Shown: one piece after another, positions 53,799 through 64,000 of the stretch
Position numbering within the stretch: position 1 is the stretch's first letter
Layout of the letters: each line of letters begins with the position of its first letter
NCBI GenBank assembly: GCA_964016885.1
Contig: OZ024747.1
Coordinates: 10,788,001 to 10,852,000, forward strand
DNA from: Eledone cirrhosa
Lineage: Eukaryota
DNA length: 64,000 nucleotides
Direction of reading: 5' to 3'
Position numbers and translations under genes: made by a program
The notes under the pieces: generated by a model
Databases searched by the model: none
The model's input: only the letters and a program-made list of their open reading frames with translations
Told to the model about the DNA's origin: nothing

Positions 53799-56260
53799 AA
53801 CCATCATTACACCCACCATCATTACACCCACCATCATTACACCCACCATCATTACACCCACCATCATTACACCCACCATCATTACACCCACCATCATTAC
53901 ACTCACCATCATTACACCCACCATCATTACACCCACCATCATTACACCCACCATCATTACACCCACCATCATTACACCCACCATCATTACACCCACCATC
54001 ATTACACTCACCATCATTACACCCACCATCATTACACCCACCATCATTACACCCACCATCATTACACCCACCATCATTACACCCACCATCATTACACCCA
54101 CCATCATTACACCCACCATCATTACACTCACCATCATTACACCAACCATCATTACACCCACCATCATTACACCCACCATCATTACACCAACCATCATTAC
54201 ACTCACCATCATTACACCAACCATCATTACACCCACCATCATTACACCCACCATCATTACACTCACCATCATTACACCCACCATCATTACACCCACCATC
54301 ATTACACCCACCATCATTACACCTACCATCATTACACCCACCATCATTACACCCACCATCATTACACCCACCATCATTACACCAACCATCATTACACTCA
54401 CCATCATTACACCAACCATCATTACACCCACCATCATTACACCCACCATCATTACACTCACCATCATTACACCTACCATCATTACACCCACCATCATTAC
54501 ACTCACCATCATTACACCCACCATCATTACACCCACCATCATTACACCCACCATCATTACACCAACCATCATTACACCCACCATCATTACACCCACCATC
54601 ATTACACCCACCATCATTACACCCACCATCATTACACCAACCATCATTACACCAACCATCATTACACCCACAATCATTACACCAACCATCATTACACCCA
54701 CCATCATTACACCCACCATCATTACACCCACCATCATTACACCAACCATCATTACACCCACCATCATTACCCCAACCATCATTACACCCACCATCATTAC
54801 ACCCACCATCATTACACCCACCATCATTACACCAACCATCATTACACCCACCATCATTACACCCACCATCATTACACCCACCATCATTACACCCACCATC
54901 ATTACACCCACCATCATTACACCCACCATCATTACACCAACCATCATTACACTAACCATCATTACACCCACCATCATTACACCCACCATCATTACACCCA
55001 CCATCATTACACTCACCATCATTACACCAACCATCATTACACCCACCATCATTACACCCACCATCATTACACCAACCATCATTACACCCACCATCATTAC
55101 ACCCACCATCATTACACCAACCATCATTACACCTACCATCATTACACCCACCATCATTACACCAACCATCATTACACCAACCATCATTACACCCACCATC
55201 ATTACACCCACCATCATTACACCCACCATCATTACACCAACCATCATTACACCCACCATCATTACACCAACCATCATTACACCCACCATCATTACACCCA
55301 CCATCATTACACCAACCATCATTACACCAACCATCATTACACCAACCATCATTACACCAACCATCATTACACCAACCATCATTACACCAACCATCATTAC
55401 ACCCACCATCATTACACCAACCATCATTACACCCACCATCATTACACTCACCATCATTACACCAACCATCATTACACCCACCATCATTACACCCACCATC
55501 ATTACACCAACCATCATTACACTCACCATCATTACACCAACCATCATTACACCCACCATCATTACACCCACCATCATTACACCAACCATCATTACACCCA
55601 CCATCATTACACCAACCATCATTACACCCACCATCATTACACCAACCATCATTAGACCAACCATCATTACACCCACCATCATTACACCAACCATCATTAG
55701 ACCAACCATCATTACACCAACCATCATTACACCCACCATCATTACACCAACCATCATTAGACCAACCATCATTACACCCACCATCATTACACCAACCATC
55801 ATTAGACCAACCATCATTAGACCAACCATCATTACACCCACCATCATTACACCAACCATCATTAGACCAACCATCATTACACCAACCATCGTTACACCCA
55901 CCATCATTACACCAACCATCATTAGACCAACCATCATTACACCCACCATCATTACACCAACCATCATTAGACCAACCATCATTACACTCACCATCATTAC
56001 ACCAACCATCATTACACCCACCATCATTACACCAACCATCATTACACCCACCATCATTACACCAACCATCATTAGACCAACCATCATTACACCCACCATC
56101 ATTACACCAACCATCATTAGACCAACCATCATTACACTCACCATCATTACACCAACCATCATTACACCAACCATCATTACACCAACCATCATTACACCCA
56201 CCATCATTACACCAACCATCATTAGACCAACCATCATTACACCAACCATCGTTACACCCA
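53799..56260. repeat. 15-bp minisatellite (CCATCATTACACCCA), ~164 copies
   Basis: Directly visible. Confidence 0.98.
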
Positions 56261-56884
56261 AAGTACTTCGGCCCTTCAGTGATAGGTCCTACACTGGATA
56301 ACATCTAAAAGTATTTATACTAACACCTTTAAATTCCGAGAATCTAAAAATTGGCCCCAAATTAGTGTCGTTGTTGTTGGTAGTGATGTTGTTTTTGTAG
56401 GTGTTGGTGGTGTTGGTGGTGTTGGTGCTGGTGGTATTGGTAGTGTTGGTGGTGTTGGTGGTGGTATTGGTAGTGTTGGTAGTATTAGTGGTGGTGTTGT
56501 TTGGTGTTGGTGGTGGTGGAGATTGTCGTACCGCGCCACCACTTCCAAACATTACTGGAAATGAGGAGAAATCGCCTGTCTGCCCCCCATCTCTTGTTTC
56601 ATTGAAGGGGAGTTGCTAACGGCGAACCCCCAGCTTCCCATCTGTTGCTATGTTACTATTTGCTCTATCCTTCCTCTCTTTCTCGCAAACTTTCAACAAT
56701 CGACGCCATATTAAATTAAATATAATTTATTCAAGACTAATCAACCGGATATTGTTGTCAAGCACCAATGAGTGAGAGGAAGCGTTTCCTGTTCGATGTA
56801 TCAGTCCCAATAGACTATATTTATGTATATAATATACATACATATAAATATATACATTATATACGTAAATATATATACTACATA

Positions 56885-56930
<46 letters not shown>

Positions 56931-57070
56931 TCTGGAAATTGCTGTTGGAACGGCAAGACCTCAGCCGTCGGGTCCCGACTCTTTCTAATATAGTCACACT
57001 CTACTATCCAAAGTATTGAGTACTCTGTTGAAGAAATGGTCTAACTAGTTTAAAATTGGTTTCGATGTGA

Positions 57071-57109
<39 letters not shown>

Positions 57110-57117
57110 CTTTTCGA

Positions 57118-57326
57118 TAGACTTTCGTCAAATCGGACCGAGGAAACAATGTTTCCGTTGGTCTTTCCAGTTGCTAGTACTATCTATCGGTCGCAACTTC
57201 AGGTAGAAGGAGCAACGTAAAATAAAGTGTCTTGCTCAAGGACATAACGCATCGCCCGGTCCAGGAATCGAACCGACAACCTCACGATTGCGAATCCAGT
57301 TCTCTAACCACTCAGCCACACGCCTT
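57118..57326 (-). mobile_element. tRNA-derived SINE, second family
   Basis: Reverse complement of 10174-10380. Confidence 0.85.
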
Positions 57327-58258
57327 GGAGAATAGGATTGGCTGTGTAGTTGCTATTAAGGTAGCTTAAAATGGAGTGAAAACAAGAAGAAAGCAAGAAG
57401 GGGGGGGGGGGGTTCCTCATCAATTGTCTACTGGGGGTCTCGGATATTTCCACGCTTTAGAGACAAGATATCTTCCGCCAAGAGCGTTTAATAACTGGGT
57501 AAGTTATTGGGAAAACGGAGGAAGGAGAGAATGAAAATAGAAGAGAAAAGGGAAAAAAAAGAGAAAACAGCGAAAAAAACAACAACAACAACCAACCGAG
57601 CAACGTGCGAGCAACGTAAGGTAAGAAAACCCAAGACCACAGCGATAAGAAAACTTAAGTTCAAGAGCGTGTGGGCGAGCGAAAAAACACGTCTGACCCA
57701 GCGAGTGTAAGTGAGAAAAGGACTGTTAGAGGGTCAGGCGAGGGACACAATGAGGTGGTTGGCAGAGAGAGGATGAGTGAAAGTGAGAGGGTGAAAGGTA
57801 GAGGAAGAAAGAGGGGGAAGAGTAGATAGTAACGAAATAGGTAGGTAGAAGGAGAGAGAAGACTGGTCACAGCGAAACATGAGTAAAATATATGGAGAAT
57901 AGGATAGGCTGTGAAGTTGCTAGTTAGGGTAGCTTAAAATGGAGTGAGAATAAGAAGAAAGCAAGAACGGGGAGAGGGGGGGGGAGTTTTCCCCATCAGT
58001 TGTCTACTGGGGGTCTCGGATATTTCCATGCTTGCTCGCACATTGCTCGGTTTGTTGTTTTTTCGCTGTTTTCTCTTTTCTTCTCTTTTCCCTTCTATTT
58101 TCCTTCCCTCCCCCCTCCGTTTTCCCAATAACTTACCTAGTTATTGAACGCTCTGGGCGGTAGATATCTTGTCTTTAAAGCGTGGAAATATACGAGACAA
58201 CTGATGAGGAAAACTCCCTCCCGTTCTTGCTTTCTTCTTATTCTCACTCCATTTAAAG

Positions 58259-58260
<2 letters not shown>
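57327..58260. mobile_element. Penelope-like rearranged element with direct and inverted terminal blocks
   Basis: 57327-57455 is directly repeated at 57894-58030; 57363-57610 is inverted at 58035-58260; ends in (TA)n. Confidence 0.6.
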
Positions 58261-58293
<33 letters not shown>

Positions 58294-58780
58294 GTTATGA
58301 AACGAAAGGAGCTGTGTGGTTACTAAAAACAAGGTTTAGGATGGTGGTTAGGGCGGAACAGGAGGAGAAAGGAAGAAAGGAGTTTCCATCGTCAGCTGTA
58401 AATGTATCCCGAACCGATGTTTCGGCGCTGAATTACAGGACATCGGTGTAGTTCGGGTGCGCCCGAGGCCTTTTATTAATCAAAAGGCCAGGTGGAAAAG
58501 GAGAGAGAAAGAGAGAAAAAAAAAGTGGAGAAAAAAGGACAGAGAAAAGGAAAGAGAGGGAAAGGAGGAAGAACAGGGGGAAAAAGATGAAGAGAGAGGA
58601 AGAAAGGGGAAAGGGAGAAAAATAGGAAAGGAATAGGAGAAAAAACGTGTACAGGTCCCATCGTGGGAAGACACAGGAGAAAGAAACATGCAAAAAATAT
58701 ATATATACCTAAAAAATAATGGAGAAATGATATAAACATAAAGATCTGAAAACAAAGATAGCCAGAGAGCAAAGATTGAA

Positions 58781-59800
58781 GGATACAGTGGACTGGAGTA
58801 CCGTGAATAAAGTGTCTTCTTCAAGGACACAGTGGACTGGAGCAATATGAAATAAAGTGTCTTGCTCAAGGACACAGTGGACTGGAGCAATATGAAATAA
58901 AGTGTCTTGCACAAGAACTCAGTAGACTGGAGTAATGTGAAATATAGTGTCTTGCTCAAAGACACAGTGGACTGGAGTAATGCGAAATAAAGTGTCTTGC
59001 TCAAGGACACAGTGGACTGGAGTAATGCGAAATAAAGTGTCTTGCTCAAGGACACAGTGGACTGGAGTAATGCGAAATAAAGTGTCTTGCTCAAGGACAC
59101 AGTGGACTGGAGTAATGTGAAATAAAGTGTCTTGCTCAAGGACACAGTGGACTGGAGTAATGCGAAATAAAGTGTCTTGCTCAAGGACACAGTGGACTGG
59201 AGTAATGCGAAATAAAGTGTCTTGCTCAAGGACACAGTGGACTGGAGTAATGCGAAATAAAGTGTCTTGCTCAAGGACACAGTGGACTGGAGTAATGCGA
59301 AATAAAGTGTCTTGCTCAAGGACACAGTGGACTGGAGTACCGTGAAATAAAGTGTCTTGCTCAAGGACACAGTGGACTGGAGTAATGCGAAATAAAGTGT
59401 CTTGCTCAAGGACACAGTGGACTAGAGTACCGTGAAATAAAGTGTCTTGTTCAAGGACACAGTGAATTGGAACAAGGTGAAATAATGTGTCTTGTTCAAG
59501 GACACAGTGGACTGGAGTAATGCGAAATAAAGTGTCTTGCTCAAGGACACAGTGGACTGGAGTACCGTGAAATAAAGTGTCTTGTTCAAGGACACAGTGA
59601 ATTGGAGTAATGCGAAATAAAGTGTCTTGCTCAAGGACACAGTGGACTGGAGTACCGTGAAATAAAGTGTCTTGTTCAAGGACACAGTGAATTGGAACAA
59701 GGTGAAATAATGTGTCTTGTTCAAGGACACAGTGAATTGGAACAAGGTGAAATAATGTGTCTTGCTCAAGGACACAGTGGACTGGAGCAACGTGAAATAT
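58781..59800 (-). repeat. 45-bp minisatellite (~22 copies) derived from the SINE core
   Basis: Unit contains AAATAAAGTGTCTTGCTCAAGGACA, identical to 57220-57244 of the SINE; a degraded SINE head follows at 59800-59877. Confidence 0.93.
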
Positions 59801-59990
59801 AGCTCAAGGACATGTTTAGGCTATCGATCTCACGACGTTAAGACCCTAAGCCGAACAGCCTAACCACTAAGCTACGTACCTTCATAACTTATAATTGTAG
59901 GTGACGTGAAATGATGAAAACAGATGCAGACAAATGCATAACAAAACCCTCCGGACTGATACACACATACACACGTATATATATACATAC

Positions 59991-60043
<53 letters not shown>

Positions 60044-60066
60044 CATACATATATATATATACACAT

Positions 60067-60124
<58 letters not shown>

Positions 60125-60154
60125 ACACATATATATATACATACATATATATAT

Positions 60155-60259
<105 letters not shown>

Positions 60260-60282
60260 CATACATATATATATATACACAT

Positions 60283-60335
<53 letters not shown>

Positions 60336-60398
60336 CACACATACACATATATATATACACATACACACACACATATATATATATACATACATATATAT

Positions 60399-60431
<33 letters not shown>

Positions 60432-60446
60432 CATACATATATATAT

Positions 60447-60514
<68 letters not shown>

Positions 60515-60744
60515 ACATATATATATCCACATATATATATACACATACACACACACACATATATATATACACACATACACATATATATATCCACATATAC
60601 ATATACACATACATATACAAACCCATATACACGCATACATATACAGACACATACAGGCACATACATACACATACATTTGCACACAGATGTACAAACATGC
60701 ACATGCACATCAACATGCACACGCATACATACACAGTTTAGATG

Positions 60745-60804
60745 TTGTGGTGGTGGTGGTGGTGGTGGTACTGGTGGTGGTGGTGCTGGTGGTGGTGGTG
60801 GTGG

Positions 60805-60835
<31 letters not shown>

Positions 60836-60966
60836 GGTGGTGCTGGTGGTGGTGGTGGTGGTGCTGGTGGTGGTGGTGGTGGTGGTGGTGGTGGTGGTGG
60901 TGGTGGTGGTAGCAGTGGTGCTGGTGGTAGGGGTGGGGGTGGGGGTGGGGGTGGTGGTGGGGGTGG

Positions 60967-60997
<31 letters not shown>

Positions 60998-61808
60998 GGT
61001 GGTGGTGGTGCTGGTGGTGGTAGTGGTAGCAGTGGTGGTGGTGGTGGTGGTGGTGGTGGTGGTGGTGGTGGTGGTGGTGGTGGTGGTAGCAGTGGTGCTG
61101 GTGGTGCTGGTGGTAGGGGTGGGGGTGGGGGTGGTGGTGGTGGTGCTGGTGGTGGTAGTGGTAGCAGTGGTGGTGGTGGTGGTGGTGGTGGTGGTGGTGG
61201 TGGTGGTGGTGGTGGTGGTAGCAGTGGTGCTGGTGGTGCTGGTGGTAGGGGTGGGGGTGGGGGTGGGGGTAGTGGTAGTAGTGGTGGTGGTGGTGGTGCT
61301 GGTGGTGCTGGTGGTGGTGGTGCTGGTGGTGGTGGTGCTGGTGGTGTTGGTGCTAGTGGTGGTGGTGCTGGTGGTGCTAATGGTGTTGGTGTTGTTGGTG
61401 CTGGTGGTGGTGGTGGTGGTGGTGGTAGTGGTGGTGGTGAAGGTGCTGGTGGTAGTGATGGTGGTGGTGCTAATGGTGTTGGTGTTGTTGGTGCTGGTGG
61501 TGGTGACGGTGGTGGTGGTGAAGGTGGTGGTGATGGTGGTGGTGATGGTGGTGACGGTGGTGGTGGTGAAGGTGGTGGTGATGGTGGTGGTGATGGTGGT
61601 GCTGGTGGTGGTGGTGGTGGTGATGGTGGTGGTGCTAATGGTGTTGGTGTTGTTGGTGCTGGTGGTGCTGGCGGTGGTGGTGGTGGTGAAGGTGGTGGTG
61701 CTGGTAGTGCTGGCGGTGGTGGTGGTGGTGAAGGTGGTGGTGCTGGTGGTGGTGGTGGTGGTGGTGAAGGTGGTGGTGGTGTGAAGGTGGTGGTGGTGGT
61801 GGTGGTGT
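60745..61808. repeat. (GGT)n compound microsatellite
   Basis: Directly visible. Confidence 0.95.
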
Positions 61809-62054
61809 TGCTGTTGTTGTTCTTTGTGCTATGTTTTCTATTGTCGATGTTGTTGATGTTGTTGCTATTGTTGTTGGTGTGTCTGTGTCTACTTTAAACT
61901 AGAGCCGTCAACCAGCAGCAGACACAATCGGTTTGACAATCACTGCTTCAATCGCACCCGTATCACCTGAAATATACCCGACACTTCGTGGCCCACCTGC
62001 TAAACTGCTTTTACTAGCGGCCCTACCTACACCCACACACACACACACTGACAA

Positions 62055-62092
<38 letters not shown>

Positions 62093-62144
62093 AAACACAT
62101 ATACACCACATACACACACACACACAGATACACACACATACTGA

Positions 62145-62179
<35 letters not shown>

Positions 62180-62330
62180 ACACACATATACACCACATAC
62201 ACACACACACACACTGACAAACATACACACACACACACACTGACACACATACACACACACAATGCGTAAATATCCAAATACACACACAAGCATATTTCTA
62301 TGTATATCGATATTTATCTCTCTTTCTATA

Positions 62331-62372
<42 letters not shown>

Positions 62373-62376
62373 ATAT

Positions 62377-62458
<82 letters not shown>

Positions 62459-62616
62459 GTTTTGTACCAAGAAACGGAGGACACTCAGTGAATGCTAAAA
62501 TTGTCAAATGTTTATATTTGAAGTTGAGAGATTCAGCCTTACTACATAGAGTCAATCTGAATCAAATACACACACACACACACGCAGACACACACGCACA
62601 TATATATATATTCCTT

Positions 62617-62698
<82 letters not shown>

Positions 62699-62700
<2 letters not shown>

Positions 62701-62893
62701 CGAAGGAAGTGAGGTAAGGAACCAGGCGGACCATAACGACCAGAGTACTCGATACTTTGGGTAGTAGAGTGGGTAATAGGAAAAGGTTCAGGACCCCGAC
62801 GGCAGAGCTCAAGGCATTTCGACGGCTATATCTGGACTGATATAAGCGTCGAAACGGCTTGAGTTCTGCCGTCGGGGTCCTGAACCTTTTCCT
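62699..62893. mobile_element. (TA)n-embedded fold-back element (family of 8443-8623)
   Basis: AGGAAAAGGTTCAGGACCCCGACGGCAGAGCTCAAG ... CTTGAGTTCTGCCGTCGGGGTCCTGAACCTTTTCCT. Confidence 0.8.
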
Positions 62894-62954
62894 ATATATA
62901 TAGATATATAGATATGTATGTGTGTTTGTGTGTGTGTGTGTGTCTATGTGTGTG

Positions 62955-63048
<94 letters not shown>

Positions 63049-63478
63049 TATGTGTGTGTCTATGTGTGTGTATGTGTGTATATGTCTGTATTTATATATG
63101 GTGGCTATAGTGAAAGAAGCTTTATGTTGGAAACGTAGAGAGATTTTGAGGATAATGATTTTCCTCTGCGGCGAATCCCTCATCAACTTGAAGAACCACT
63201 TGAAGTGGAAGGGGTGGGAAGAGAGCGAGATCTTGCTTTCTACTCCATTGTGTGCTCCATGAACGATGGATGAGAAAGGCAAGACGCATGAGTCATAAGG
63301 GGTCGAATCTTTAAGTAAAGGTTTCCGTGTTCTTAGATAAACATAAATAGGGTGACAGTTAAGTTTGAACATGTCACAAAATGAAAGAATGGATCTAGTC
63401 GCAATTCTTATTAATACATAGCTTTATTTATACAAATATATACCTAAAAATATGCGCTTGTACATACATACACATATA

Positions 63479-63695
63479 CGAGGGGGTGCTGAAAAGTTCC
63501 TGGTTTTGCGTAAAAGAAAATACAGGAGGATCAGTTAATTATGATTTTATTCAACATATTCCCTCTCAGATCCACACACCTATTGCAGAGGTCGTTCAGT
63601 TTTTCTCAGACCTGTAAAAATAACTCTGAATGTTGGGCTTCCAACCAGGTCTCTGTAGCAGCGATCAAGCCAGAAACTTTTCAGCATCTCCTACA
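63479..63695 (-). mobile_element. mariner-derived internally deleted element
   Basis: TA|CGAGGGGGTGCTGAAAAGTTCCTGG ... CCAGAAACTTTTCAGCATCTCC TIRs; minus strand retains the transposase C-terminus (IAATETWLEAQHSELFL..LNDLCNRCVDLRGEYVE*). Confidence 0.8.
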
Positions 63696-64000
63696 TATTC
63701 CACCGTACCTATTTCATATTTTTCTCTCCTTGCCACAGTTAATATATCCTGAAAGTTTCATATCGTTTTCAATGTTTTGATAACCCAAACTTTTGTGAAA
63801 CCTCGAATAAAGCAGTCAATTTGTTAGTGGAAAATTGAAAAAGAAACATGTGCCCAGTACAAAGAATTTGAAGTGGGTTTGTAAAAATTAAACAGATCCC
63901 TCCTTAGAAGTGTTTAAATTTCCTTGTTTAGGTTAGTTTTCATGGTTCATTTTATATTTTAAGCATTACTGTACTTTAAATAAGTTACATTTCAATAAAC

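Noticed and set aside
53679-56304. 860-aa VGVMM and CNDGW repeat ORFs (superficially reflectin- or structural-protein-like)
   Set aside because: Pure 15-bp array open in several frames on both strands; no reflectin motif, signal peptide or splice evidence.
60677-61897. Gly-rich ORF resembling glycine-rich structural proteins
   Set aside because: Gly is almost entirely GGT; equivalent tracts occur at 1.3-2.7 kb and 37-39 kb.
61908-62030. Unique-looking ORF end (GRAASKSSLAGGPRSVGYISGDTGAIEAVIVKPIVSAAG*)
   Set aside because: No recognisable family and weak splice context.

Overview
Repeat-saturated, apparently intergenic or intronic eukaryotic DNA. The SINE sequences and extreme microsatellite density suggest a coleoid cephalopod (Octopus-like); this is inferred from memory, not searched. 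I found no intact protein-coding gene, and almost all ORFs in the track are translations of micro- or minisatellites. Supported content: (1) about 15 copies of a tRNA-derived Nin-domain-like SINE plus two other SINE types. (2) Decayed non-LTR relics: RTE-like, CR1/Jockey-like RT, Tx1/L1-like endonuclease, and three CRE-like restriction-endonuclease tails. (3) A Helitron Rep motif relic and piggyBac-, mariner-, pogo- and hAT-like non-autonomous elements. (4) More than ten minisatellite arrays, several derived from pieces of transposons and most with a hairpin in the unit. (5) Many (TA)n-embedded fold-back elements with Penelope-like architecture. The strongest signals are three structurally complete minimal type I hammerhead ribozymes (7246-7288 +, 9471-9519 -, 46652-46704 -) from two unrelated families sharing a U.U pair at the base of stem II, two nested long-range inverted duplications centred near 36-37 kb, and a compact CCAAT/E-box/E2F promoter-like island near 17.95 kb. 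Coordinates were counted by hand and repeat edges are approximate.
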